Shown here: in pieces, positions 50,481-60,490 of the stretch
How positions within the stretch are numbered: position 1 is the first letter of the stretch
Layout: each line of letters starts with the position of its first letter
From: Trueperaceae bacterium
GTDB taxonomy: Bacteria; Deinococcota; Deinococci; Deinococcales; Trueperaceae
DNA: 64,000 nucleotides
Direction of reading: 5' to 3'
Assembly: GCA_040905465.1 (NCBI GenBank)
Contig: JBBDRK010000017.1
Span: 79,274-143,273 of the forward strand
The notes under the pieces: generated by a model
What the model saw: only the letters and a program-made list of their open reading frames with translations
What the model was told of the DNA's origin: nothing
Databases searched by the model: none
Position numbers and translations under genes: made by a program

Positions 50481-51305
50481 ATGAGGAAGCTATCGAGTTT
50501 GCTCGCAGCCGCTTTGGTGCTGGTCGCGATATTGGCGGCCTGCTCGGGTGACGGCAGTCAGGGTGGCGAACAGTCCGCTGGTGAAGCGATCTTCGTCAGT
50601 CTCCCGGCCGCAGACGCTGTCGGCAAGTTCGACGCCGAAACGGGCGAGGTCCTGCGGCAGGCAACCGTGGGAATGCTGCCTCACAACCTCCTGCTGAGCA
50701 AGGATGGAAGCAAACTCTACGCGGCGCTCGTCGGGTCGCAGGCGATCGCTGAACTCGACGTCGCCAGCGGCGACCTGCTACGGACGTTCCTCACCGAGCC
50801 CGTGCCGGAGCGGGATGAAGATGACACCGTCATCCAGGCGCATATAGACCAGGACGCCTTTTCGAAGACGAGCTGTTTCGCCTGCCATGACGGTTCCGGG
50901 ACCGCACAGCCAGCCGTCGTGGGTACGCGTCCCATCGGGCTGGTCTTGTCGGCAGAGGGCGAAACCTTGTACGTCGCCAACATCCGCAGCGCCAACCTTT
51001 CGGTGATAGACCTCTCGACCGGCAAGCTGGACCGGCTGCTTCACCTCGAACCGAACGGAGTGGCACACGAGCCGACGGCGCTGGCGCTGTTGGGAGACCA
51101 GCTGTTCGTATCGCTCCTGCCTACGCTGCCCACGCTCGAACCCCATCCACCGGCGGTGGTCCGGCGGCTCGACCTCGACACTTTCACTCCTCTTTCCGAC
51201 ACCTCTACCGGTCGCAATGCAGCAATACTGCTGGCCGACGATTCGCGCGGTCGGGTCTATGTCAGCAACGTGGAGACCGACACTTTGAGTCTGTTCGATG
51301 CCGAC
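50481..51305 (+). CDS. YncE/YVTN beta-propeller lipoprotein with a CxxCH motif; C-terminally truncated and fused to the next gene
   Basis: Lipobox LAAC; blades VGMLPHNLLLSKDGSKLYAA, VGTRPIGLVLSAEGETLYVAN, GRVYVSN; CFACH at 50874-50888. Reads directly into a second signal peptide. Confidence 0.7.
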
Positions 51306-51307
51306 GC

Positions 51308-53224
51308 TTGCGTGTTCTCGGTTCTTCTCGTGGCGGCCGTGCTGGTCGCCTGCTCTTCCGGCGGGCCCCCAGCGGACGGCGGCTCCTCCGGGGGGACTGG
51401 TTCGATAAACGGCCTGGTGACCGACTCGAGCACCGGCTCGCGGCTAAGTGGCGTGGCTGTCACGGTGGCAGGCAAGTCGGCCACTACCAACTCCGCAGGC
51501 GAATTCACGGTGACCAATCTGGCCGCCGGCGAAGCGAAACTGAGCTTTGCGAAGGACGGCTATGCGCCCGGTTACGACAACGCGGTGATAAGCGACGGAC
51601 CGACGCCGGTTCTCGTCACTCTGAAGAAGCAAGGCGACTTGCAGGCCTACGACTGAGCGGCTCCGCTACCATCTATCAGTCGACCGAGGCAGGGCCTTAT
51701 GCGGTGATCTTCGAGGCAAACAGCTTCGACAGCTCCGACACCAACCTCACCGTTTCGGTAACGCCCCTGGACCCGACCAAGGAATCCTCCGCGCTGCCTG
51801 GGCAACTCGTAACCGACGACGCCTTGCTCACCCCTCTGACCTTTGCCGAGTTCAGCATCTTCGACAGCAACGGCGTGCGCGTCAACCTCAAGAGCGGCGC
51901 CTCGGCCGTGGTCGAACTGCCTATCCCGCCGGAGCTGCGCGCCCTGCCCCAGTACCAGGATGGAAGCGTCATCCACTGCTACTCGTTCAACCCCGAGACC
52001 GGCCAATGGGAAGACTTCGTCGTCGGCATCATTACCACCTCGAGTGTCGATGGCACCACGCCGGTGGTTCGCGCCAGCATCAAGCACTTCTCCTGGTATG
52101 GAGCCGCGCCCGAAAGCAACGATTGCGCGGATGTCTATGGGCAGGTCGTCAGTGCCGTCGACGCCAGCCCCCTTCCGTACGCCCGCGTCGAAGCTTTCCC
52201 GGGAGGGGAGACCATCGCGGATGCCAACGGCAATTTCGTATTGATAGCCCCACGGGCGGGCCCGAACGAGTTCGTAGCTACTCGAACGTATACCGACTCG
52301 GACGGTTCGGTCAGCGGCATGCCCGGGGCGAAGGCGATCGAGTTCGGCAAGATCAAGGACGCGCCGCTCACGGGTCTGGTCTCCAAACCGTGCAACGGTA
52401 GCTCCGGCCAGAGTATTGCTTCGATTGGAGAGCCATCCGACCGCCTGGTCATCGCCATCGGCAACATCGGAACGCTCACCTACCATGTGGACGCCTACAG
52501 TTTCGCCGAAGCAACGAGCTCGGAAGCTTTGCGGGCCGCCGGGCTCGCCGTGCCGCAAGGCCTCGACCGGTTCCGGCCACTGGCAGCCGGCACCGTATAC
52601 GCCTTCCTGTCGGAGTTTCTTCCGGACGGCGCCAGCGGCGACGGCCTGGAAGGTGCGGCCGTCACGCTGGCCGGTCCTGGCGGCAACGTTACCCTCGTCG
52701 ACTCCGGCGGTGGAACCTACTACGCCAACACTGACATAACCGCCGGCAGCAGTTACACCTTGTCGATCGACGCGGAGGGAAACGGTTCGGTGGATGGCAC
52801 GGGCTCGGTCTTCGCCGTGGGCGACGTGAGTTGGGTGAACCCGACTGAGGGTGAGACACTGCCTTCGGATGGCTTCGTCGCCGAATGGTCGGACACCGGC
52901 GCACAGTCCAACGACGCTTATTCGGCCCTTTACTTCGCATGGCTAAACAACGACGCAAGCGACCCGAATCTGTACGACGGCGATCTCTACATCGGTACCC
53001 GCAGGCAGTTCACCCCGCGTAGCTCGCATGGCGAGGGCACCGACCAGCCACTCAAGCCAGGGCACTACCTAGGTTTGCTCTGGGGCTTCAGCGGCCCGTA
53101 TTCGCCTGACTTCGGCGACGCCGATTACACGGCGACGAACAACATTACCGGCGTGACAGTGAACGGCAGCTTCTACAGCTACAGCTTCTCGTCGGATACG
53201 ACGATAGAGTTCGACCTTCAGTAG
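51308..53224 (+). pseudogene. Large beta-rich lipoprotein with carboxypeptidase-regulatory-like domains; start lost and frameshift near 51653
   Basis: Second lipobox VLLVAAVLVAC (Cys 51351), GSINGLVTD..TTNSAGEF..KDGY. Adding one C at GAC(C)TGAGC joins it to ORF ..53224. Confidence 0.7.
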
Positions 53225-53231
53225 GGGTCTC

Positions 53232-53262
53232 GGTGAACGCCCTGCTGACCAGGGCGTTCACC
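53232..53262. terminator. Hairpin between convergent genes
   Basis: GGTGAACGCCCTG-ctgac-CAGGGCGTTCACC, 13-bp stem 7 nt after the stop. Confidence 0.7.
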
Positions 53263-53390
53263 CTCCTATAAGGGTTGCAAGCCGCTTATGAGATCGCTTC
53301 GCTGTCGGCGCCGAGCCACGCCGGTCTGCGCTCACGAGCGCACCTGGCCGAAGGTACGGCGCAGACATAAGCGATCGGCCCCGTTCCGCT

Positions 53391-53843
53391 TCAGCCCTCT
53401 TGACTTCCGAACTGGACGTTACCGGTGTAGTTCACCATCCACTGCACGCCGAACTTGTCGGTACACGCGCCGTACTTCTCCGCCCAGTCGGTCTTTGAGA
53501 GCCCCATCTCGACCTTCGTCGGCGCAGAGGGCGTCGAAGAGCTGTTCGCTTCCTGGGCGGAATCGGTCTCCAGGTAGATGTACGAGTTGTTGCCGACGTT
53601 CAGCTTCTGACCCATCGATTCGAGGGCGTCGGTCGCCATCAGAATGCTGCCGTCACCGATTCGCAGCCCCACGTGCATGATCTTGTCCCGATCAGCTTCG
53701 GGCAGCTTGTCGGTGCTCAGCATGTCGCCGACGTCCCTGAACCTGATCAGGTTCAGAAAGTCACCGCCGAAGACGGACCTGTAGAAGTCGAAGGCTTCCT
53801 CGGTGTTTCCGTTGAAGTTGAGGTAGTGGTGAGCTGTCGCCAT
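53391..53843 (-). CDS. VOC family (PhnB-like) protein with a short internally frameshifted segment
   Basis: YLNFNGNTEEAFDFY, IMH, WAEKYG..TDKFGVQWMVN. Confidence 0.88.
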   Translation of the reverse strand: MATAHHYLNFNGNTEEAFDFYRSVFGGDFLNLIRFRDVGDMLSTDKLPEADRDKIMHVGLRIGDGSILMATDALESMGQKLNVGNNSYIYLETDSAQEANSSSTPSAPTKVEMGLSKTDWAEKYGACTDKFGVQWMVNYTGNVQFGSQEG

Positions 53844-53859
53844 GAACGTCTCCCTTCGG

Positions 53860-53887
53860 CCGCCTGAACCGGGGCCGGTTCAGGCGG
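53860..53887. other. Stem-loop between the tandem VOC genes
   Basis: CCGCCTGAACCG-gggc-CGGTTCAGGCGG, 12-bp stem. Confidence 0.6.
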
Positions 53888-53981
53888 AAAGTCTACGCAG
53901 GTGTTGCTGCCTAACCTGGGCCGCCGCGATCGACAGCCGACGACCTGGCCGCCGACTTGCGATGGCCGTGACCGGGACCGC

Positions 53982-54425
53982 TCACCGTCCGGGCGAGTAC
54001 TGCACGCTTCCGGTGTAGTTCACCATCCAGTGGATCCCGAACCTGTCGGTACACATTCCGTGCTTTTCCGCCCATTGGGTCGACTGAAGCGACATTTCGA
54101 CCTGGCCGCCTGCAGCCAGACTGTCGAAGAACCTCTCTGCCTCTTCTGTGCTATCGGGCTCGATTATCACGTAGACGTTGTTCCCGACTGTCAACGGTGT
54201 CGGTCCTATGGTGTCGGAAGCCATGAGGATCTTGTCGTTGTCGTCGCCCAGCGGCAGTGCGATGTTGGCGACCTTGTTGCGGTCACTTTCCGCGACCGGC
54301 ATCGAGTCGCCGAAGTCTCCGTAGCGTACGACGCCCATGATCTCGCCGCCGAACACGGATTTGTAGAAGTCGAAGGCTTCTTCGGTATTGCCGTCGAACA
54401 TCAGGTAAGGCATCGCCATCTTCAT
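53982..54425 (-). CDS. VOC family (PhnB-like) protein, tandem paralog
   Basis: PYLMFDGNTEEAFDFY, WAEKHGMCTDRFGIHWMVN. GAGGAG RBS. Confidence 0.92.
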   Translation of the reverse strand: MKMAMPYLMFDGNTEEAFDFYKSVFGGEIMGVVRYGDFGDSMPVAESDRNKVANIALPLGDDNDKILMASDTIGPTPLTVGNNVYVIIEPDSTEEAERFFDSLAAGGQVEMSLQSTQWAEKHGMCTDRFGIHWMVNYTGSVQYSPGR

Positions 54426-54611
54426 ATGATCTCCTCGTCTTCACTGAAATTCCGGCTCACGCTAAACGCGCGAGTTCAATAACTGTATATGCACCTACTG
54501 TCGTGGTCAAGACCGATCCGGCAAAGGGAGCGCAGCTGTTGCGGCCGAAGTCGGCGTGTCCCAGCGATAGTGTCTCACCGGCGCCTACCCGGTGGCAGGT
54601 GTGAGGGGCTC

Positions 54612-56066
54612 TTACTTGCTGCCGTGCCGAATCTCCGGCGCTTCTCCCGGCACCGGCGAGTTGTCGAACGTACCCCTTGCCAGGACGGCTTCTCTCCCCC
54701 CGAAAGCGTCGACTTTGGCGCGCTGGTCAGCCTTTGCTATAGCGTCGGTACTTTCCGGATCCAGCATGGCGCGGAGCTTGCCTTCGAAACGCTCGAGCAG
54801 CGCCTGATAGTTAGGTAAGGTCGACAGGTCCTCGATTTCATGTGGGTCTCGCTCGAGGTCGAAGAGTTGAGGCGGTTCATGCACATAGTGGACGTACTTG
54901 TAGCGGCTGTCGCACAGCATGAACACCGCGTTCCTCGAACCGACGGCGTGGTATTGGCTGAGAACGGTGCGTTCCCAGTCCTCCTCCCGGGAAATTCTCC
55001 ACAGCGAACGGCCCGGGAGATCGTCATCCTCATCTCCCGGTAATAATCCCACGGCCTCGAGGACTGTGGGAAAGCAGTCGACGAGGGAGACGGGCGTGTC
55101 GACGACTCTGCATGCTGGCACGTCTGGTCCGCTAAGAATCAGCGGTATGGCCGCTGATTCCTCGTACATCGTGAACTTCCCGAAAAGGCCGCGCGCGCCA
55201 AGGCACTCGCCGTGATCGGACGTGTAGACGATACGAGTGCTTGCTCTCAACCCGTTCCGATCGAGGGCGGCGAGGACCTCGCCGACCTGCTTGTCAAGGT
55301 AGGTGCACAGAGCGTAATAGGCGGCACTGAGTCTCCGGATTTCCGTCTCATCGAAAGGCTCATCGAAGCTGCGGAACTGCCGCGCGTACCTCTGTGCGGG
55401 ATGATCGGGCCAGTCTTCGGGTCGCCACTGTACGGGGAGACCGATCCGTTCCGGCGGATATAGGTCGTAGAGATCTTCGGGCGCGATGTAGGGAGGGTGC
55501 GGACAAGCGTACGAGAGGAACAGCACCCATGGGGCCTCGACGCTGGCTCGTTCGTCCAGCCAGCGGCACGCCTGCGCGGTGTTGCCGGCATCGTAACGAA
55601 GGTAGGACGAGTCGCCCGGTCCGGCGCCGATGATTCCTGACCGCTTGTTCCGCATCGGCGGTTCGCTGCGTATTGAGCCGGCCAGATCGCCGATTCCCTC
55701 GACCACATGAAGGGGATCGATCTCGCGAGTGAAGCCGTTGTCGTCGTCACTGCTCCGAAAATGCAGCTTACCGATGGAATCTACCGTGAACCCTTGCTCC
55801 TTTAGGCGATGTCCCCAGCTCGGTACGCTGCCGTCATACGGGAACGCGTTGTCCCAGTTGCCGAGCTGATGCAAATGCCGGCCGGTGGCCAACGATGCTC
55901 GAGCGGGAACGCAGATGGGGCAGTTGGTATAGGCGCGGGCAAAGCGAGTGCCGTCGTGCGCCAGGCCGTCGAGGTTGGGCGTCTGCACCAACGGATTCCC
56001 GTAGCAACCCAGTACATCGCGTCTGTGTTGATCGGAGAGGATGAACAGCAGATTCGCAGGCTTCAT
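54612..56066 (-). CDS. Cys-type sulfatase (choline-sulfatase-like)
   Basis: NLLFILSDQH, CVPARASLATG, GKLHF, SDHGE. Confidence 0.93.
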   Translation of the reverse strand: MKPANLLFILSDQHRRDVLGCYGNPLVQTPNLDGLAHDGTRFARAYTNCPICVPARASLATGRHLHQLGNWDNAFPYDGSVPSWGHRLKEQGFTVDSIGKLHFRSSDDDNGFTREIDPLHVVEGIGDLAGSIRSEPPMRNKRSGIIGAGPGDSSYLRYDAGNTAQACRWLDERASVEAPWVLFLSYACPHPPYIAPEDLYDLYPPERIGLPVQWRPEDWPDHPAQRYARQFRSFDEPFDETEIRRLSAAYYALCTYLDKQVGEVLAALDRNGLRASTRIVYTSDHGECLGARGLFGKFTMYEESAAIPLILSGPDVPACRVVDTPVSLVDCFPTVLEAVGLLPGDEDDDLPGRSLWRISREEDWERTVLSQYHAVGSRNAVFMLCDSRYKYVHYVHEPPQLFDLERDPHEIEDLSTLPNYQALLERFEGKLRAMLDPESTDAIAKADQRAKVDAFGGREAVLARGTFDNSPVPGEAPEIRHGSK

Positions 56067-57532
56067 CGTCGATCCTTGGAGTCCGGCTTCACCTGTGGCC
56101 GTGGCCAGTGCACACCCCTTTGGGAGCTCAGTCCCCGGTCGGAAAATTCCACGAATTCAGGGGCGGGAACCCCGGCCAAGCTACCGTCGTGCAGCCACTC
56201 CCCATCGCTGCCGTAGAGCTCCCCTATCAGCCGTTGCTTCAGCCGCGCGAGAACCTCGCCGTAGTCAGTCGAGACAGCGAGGTCCTGCAGCTCCTGCGGA
56301 TCCTCCCGCAGGTCGAATAGCTGGCATTGATTTCCCGCCGGATAGTAGATGAGCTTGTGCCGTCCGTCATGAACCATTCGCGTGGCGGCTGCACCTTCGC
56401 CGAACTCGCCATACAGGTAGTCGCGTCGTCTGTTGCCAACCATCGAAAGGCCCTCGACGCTGCTCGGCGTATCGAGTCCGGCGAGGTCCAGCAGCGTGGG
56501 CATCACGTCCTGCAGGCAGACCAGCCTATCGTCGGTCGAACCCGGCCGTACCCGGGCGCTACCTCCGGTATCGAGAAGAATCATGGGGACGCGCGCCGCG
56601 CTTTCGTAAAAGAGCCTCTTCACCCATAGTCCGTGGTTGCCGCGCATTTCGCCGTGGTCCGAGGTGAAGAGAATGATGGTCTGGTCCAGCAAGCCCTCCT
56701 CACGAAGCGTTCCGATTACCACCCGCAGTTGATGGTCTATGTGCGTGCACAAAGCGTAGAAGGCCCGGCGGGCCAGCCGGGCCTGGAGCGGCCCCATCTG
56801 AAGCCAGCGCGAACGATTGGCTCGAACCGGGTGCGGAAGAGCTGCCGAGTTCTCGGCCCAGGAACCTGCAAACGGCTCATCCGGCTCCAGTTCGCGATAG
56901 ATGTCCAGATAGCTCGCAAGCGGTGCGAGAGGCGGGTGTGGATGGGTATATGACAGGTACCAGAATGCCGGCCGGCTTGGGTCTCGTCGTCGAATGGTGC
57001 GAGCCATGCCTTGAGTGATCCAGTTCGTTACGTGAAGCTGCTCGTCGAGATGCCACGGCCTGGAGACGAAATCGTTGTTGCCCATGCCGTGGGAGAACTG
57101 TTGTCCCGGGTGCCCGCGGTCGCCGAGGTGCAACTCGTAGTCGTCCTCGCTGCCATGCTGGGTACGGCCCTCCTCGGCGAGCAGGACATCATCGAAGCCG
57201 ATACGATCGCGCGCCGGGTAGACGTGCAGCTTGCCCACGCCGTACGCCTGATAGCCGGCGTCGCGGAACGTCTGGGCCAAGCTGGGTACGTCCGGCATGG
57301 GTCGCGTTTCATCGAAGACACGATCGCCGTGGGTCCGCGGCGAAGTTCCTGTCATGAGGCTGCGCCGCGCCGGGATGCACACCGGACACTCGCTGTAGGC
57401 CCTGGTGAAGCTGACTCCGTCGCGCGCAAGGGCGTCCAGTGTCGGAGTCTGGATTACCGGATGGCCGGCACTGCCCAGCAGCTCGCCGCTCCAATGGTCG
57501 GTGGTTATGAGTAGGACGTTAGGGTCAGGCAT
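56063..57532 (-). CDS. Cys-type sulfatase
   Basis: PNVLLITTDH, CIPARRSLMTG, GKLH, PHPP, SDHGE. Confidence 0.93.
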   Translation of the reverse strand: MPDPNVLLITTDHWSGELLGSAGHPVIQTPTLDALARDGVSFTRAYSECPVCIPARRSLMTGTSPRTHGDRVFDETRPMPDVPSLAQTFRDAGYQAYGVGKLHVYPARDRIGFDDVLLAEEGRTQHGSEDDYELHLGDRGHPGQQFSHGMGNNDFVSRPWHLDEQLHVTNWITQGMARTIRRRDPSRPAFWYLSYTHPHPPLAPLASYLDIYRELEPDEPFAGSWAENSAALPHPVRANRSRWLQMGPLQARLARRAFYALCTHIDHQLRVVIGTLREEGLLDQTIILFTSDHGEMRGNHGLWVKRLFYESAARVPMILLDTGGSARVRPGSTDDRLVCLQDVMPTLLDLAGLDTPSSVEGLSMVGNRRRDYLYGEFGEGAAATRMVHDGRHKLIYYPAGNQCQLFDLREDPQELQDLAVSTDYGEVLARLKQRLIGELYGSDGEWLHDGSLAGVPAPEFVEFSDRGLSSQRGVHWPRPQVKPDSKDRR

Positions 57533-57541
57533 GGATCTCTC

Positions 57542-58972
57542 CTATCGCCACTCACTGCTCCAGTCGGCCGTACGGTAGTTGCTTCGGATCAACCACTCTC
57601 GCAGCACATCGAGCAGCTTCTGCTTCTGAGCGGCAGCGTCGGGATCGTCCCAGAGGTTTTGAACCTCCTCGGGGTCGACGTCGAGCCGGAACAACTGCCC
57701 TTCCGGTTCGTCGAGGAAGTGAACCAACTTCCAGTCCTTCGATCGCACCATGGTCATGAACTCGGTGGCTTGCAGAATGTTGTCTTGACTGTGCTCTGCG
57801 AATACGTACTCACGCTTGCCTGGTTCGCGTCCTTCGAGCATGGGAAGCAGCGAAACCGCTTCCATGCTCGTCGGCACCTCGACTCCGGCCAGTTCCAGCA
57901 ATGTCGGGCCGAGATCCATCTGTTGCACGAGATCGTCCAGCTGTATGCCGCCTGTGAACCGGCGCGGATCCCAGACGATCGTGGGTGCTCGCGTGATGAT
58001 GTCGTACATGGTCCACTTCTGAATATGCCCGTGATCTCCCAGGCAGTCGCCGTGATCGGAGGTGAAGACGACTACGCTGTTCTCCAGATAACCGAGAGAA
58101 TCGAGTTTCTGCAGGATCTCCCCGACCTTTTCGTCGATCATGGTCACGTTGGCCAGATAGTAGGCGCGGAGCCGGTGAAGCTGTTCAGGGCTGGGGTCGA
58201 GGTCATGGACCACTGAATCGTGGTCGACTTCGGTGTTGTGTTCGCGAAGTGCGTGAAAGGGTGGCGGTTGAGAAGCCAACTCCTCGTCGCTCACGCCCTG
58301 AATCGGCAGGTCCTTGGCGAGATACGGCTCGGCATAGCGTGCCGGCGGATCGTAAGGGGGATGTGGACCGGGGAAGCCGATCTGCAGGAAGAGCGGCTCG
58401 GTCTTGGGATGCCGGTCCAACCACCAGGTGGCCATGTCTCCCACGAACATGTCGGGGTGCATATCCTCCGGCAACTCCCACTCAACCGCTCCCATGCGCT
58501 CGCGATAGTCTGCCAGTTCCCGGTACCGAAGCCTGCCCGGTTTCGGCAGACCCCGCGCATGCAACGCCTTGTCCCATTCGTCGAAGTAGTACCTTCCCTC
58601 AAGGTGCCTGTCCTTGTTCTCGACGACGTATCTTTCATGAAAGCCCAGCGGGGTCTCGAAAGGAAACGTGTGCATCTTGCCGATATTGACGCAGTGGTAG
58701 CCGCTGTCGGCGAGAAGTTCGACCCATGAGCGCCGCCACTTATCGGCATTCTTGTAAATGCCCGTAGTGTGCGGGTACTGACCGGTAAACAGTGAGGCGC
58801 GAGACGGCGCGCACGACGGCGCCGCCACGTGGCAGTTGTTGAGGGTGACGCCTTCGTTCACCAGTCGATCGAGGTTGGGTGTGGTCATGAAGGGGAAACC
58901 CAGCGCATTTATGGTGTCGAACCGCTGCTGGTCGGTCATTATCAGGATGATGTTGGGCCGGGACTCGGACAT
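57542..58972 (-). CDS. Cys-type sulfatase
   Basis: RPNIILIMTDQ, CAPSRASLFTG, GKMH, SDHGD. Confidence 0.93.
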   Translation of the reverse strand: MSESRPNIILIMTDQQRFDTINALGFPFMTTPNLDRLVNEGVTLNNCHVAAPSCAPSRASLFTGQYPHTTGIYKNADKWRRSWVELLADSGYHCVNIGKMHTFPFETPLGFHERYVVENKDRHLEGRYYFDEWDKALHARGLPKPGRLRYRELADYRERMGAVEWELPEDMHPDMFVGDMATWWLDRHPKTEPLFLQIGFPGPHPPYDPPARYAEPYLAKDLPIQGVSDEELASQPPPFHALREHNTEVDHDSVVHDLDPSPEQLHRLRAYYLANVTMIDEKVGEILQKLDSLGYLENSVVVFTSDHGDCLGDHGHIQKWTMYDIITRAPTIVWDPRRFTGGIQLDDLVQQMDLGPTLLELAGVEVPTSMEAVSLLPMLEGREPGKREYVFAEHSQDNILQATEFMTMVRSKDWKLVHFLDEPEGQLFRLDVDPEEVQNLWDDPDAAAQKQKLLDVLREWLIRSNYRTADWSSEWR

Positions 58973-59034
58973 GAACTCAGATCCTTCCTAGAGGTGTGTA
59001 GGCTTGATGCCGCTGCCCTTCGGTCGGCATTCGG

Positions 59035-60489
59035 TTACCAGGGACCCTCGCGCAACGGGAGCGGATCTACCGTCCATGCCATTCGGTCGCAAAGACGCTC
59101 CAGCAACTCGGACTTGACCGCTGAGGCGGCCGGGTCGTCCCAGAGGTTGTCGAACTCTGTTGGATCAGCGGACAGGTCGTACAGTTCTCCCTGGCCGAAG
59201 CCGTGCATCGCTACCAACTTGTGAGTCTTGCTGCGGAGCATGGTGCCGTGGGCCTGCGGATGGCTGTGAGAGGAGCGCGCGTTGTAATACTCGCAATAGA
59301 CATCGTCACGGCTCGACTTTGGTGCCGATCCCGTCAGGGCCGGCCATTGCGAGTGTCCCTGCAACCCGACCGGCTGCTCTATGCCGGCGGCTTCGAAAAG
59401 TGTCGGCGCAATGTCTACGAGTTCGGTCAGATGGTCGTGCCGTTCGCCCTGCTGAACTCTTCTGGGCCAGGAAATTATTACCGGCACGCGCACTGCCGGC
59501 TCGTAGAAGTACGGCCCCTTGAGATAGATCCCGTGATCGCCGAGCATCTCGCCGTGATCTGACATGAAGAGCACCAGAGTGTCATCGAGCTGACCAGTGC
59601 GTTGGAGCGTGTCGAGCAATCGGCCGACCTGGTCATCTATGAGGTCGATCATCGCCCAGTAGGCGGCGCGGATGAGCCGATGATCGTGATCCGTCATCTC
59701 AGGGAACGGGAAGAAGCCTTCCTTGTTGTAGGCCTTGCGGTGATCGTTGTCCTGAAAGAACGGTTTGTTGTGCAGCTCGCCAGGACGATAGTCGGGTAGG
59801 GGGATGTCCGACAGGCTTCCGAGATAACGCTCGAGATGCGACTCAGGAGGGTCGAACGGATGGTGAGGGTCGAAGAAGTTGATCGAGAACAACCATGGCT
59901 CCGGTTGCTGCGCGTGGGCTTCGATGAAATCGATCGCCCGGTCGGCACACCACTTGCTCTGGTGGAACTCGGCCGGCACGCTTGTCTGTACGTGCCGCGA
60001 GTCTGGAAGGTTCCTGCGCTGATATTCCACCCCTTGGCCCGCCAACCAGTTCCTGTACTCATTGGCCGACCAGTACGCTTCAGAGTCGTGGGACCAGTCG
60101 AAGCTGGAGTAGCCGTCGTCGACCCTTCGTTCCATTACCGGCGCCACTGATGGATGGCAGGCGGACAAGTGGAACTTGCCGGCCAGACCGCAGGTGTACC
60201 CGGCGTCCGCGAGCACGCGGGTTGCGAGAAGTTCATCCTCGGGAATCGATTGACCGTTCTGACGGCAGCGGGTGGTTCGAGGATAACGACCGGTAAGGAA
60301 GCTGGCTCGGCTAGGCGTGCAAATGGGGCTCTGGCTGAAGCAGGCATCGAGGCTGACGCCGGCGTTGGCCAAGGCATCGATATTGGGGGTTCGGACGAAG
60401 CGATTCCCGTAACAGCCGAGCGAATCGAATCGTTGTTGGTCGGTGCATATCCACAGGATGTTCGGCCGGCGCTCTTCCGCTGCCGGCAT
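59035..60489 (-). CDS. Cys-type sulfatase
   Basis: RPNILWICTDQ, CTPSRASFLTG, GKFHL, PHHP, SDHGE. Confidence 0.93.
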   Translation of the reverse strand: MPAAEERRPNILWICTDQQRFDSLGCYGNRFVRTPNIDALANAGVSLDACFSQSPICTPSRASFLTGRYPRTTRCRQNGQSIPEDELLATRVLADAGYTCGLAGKFHLSACHPSVAPVMERRVDDGYSSFDWSHDSEAYWSANEYRNWLAGQGVEYQRRNLPDSRHVQTSVPAEFHQSKWCADRAIDFIEAHAQQPEPWLFSINFFDPHHPFDPPESHLERYLGSLSDIPLPDYRPGELHNKPFFQDNDHRKAYNKEGFFPFPEMTDHDHRLIRAAYWAMIDLIDDQVGRLLDTLQRTGQLDDTLVLFMSDHGEMLGDHGIYLKGPYFYEPAVRVPVIISWPRRVQQGERHDHLTELVDIAPTLFEAAGIEQPVGLQGHSQWPALTGSAPKSSRDDVYCEYYNARSSHSHPQAHGTMLRSKTHKLVAMHGFGQGELYDLSADPTEFDNLWDDPAASAVKSELLERLCDRMAWTVDPLPLREGPW

Positions 60490-60490
60490 G

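Noticed and set aside
51651-51659. TGA readthrough or selenocysteine at the end of ORF 50481-51656
   Set aside because: The continuation is in a different frame, so this is a 1-nt indel rather than an in-frame stop.
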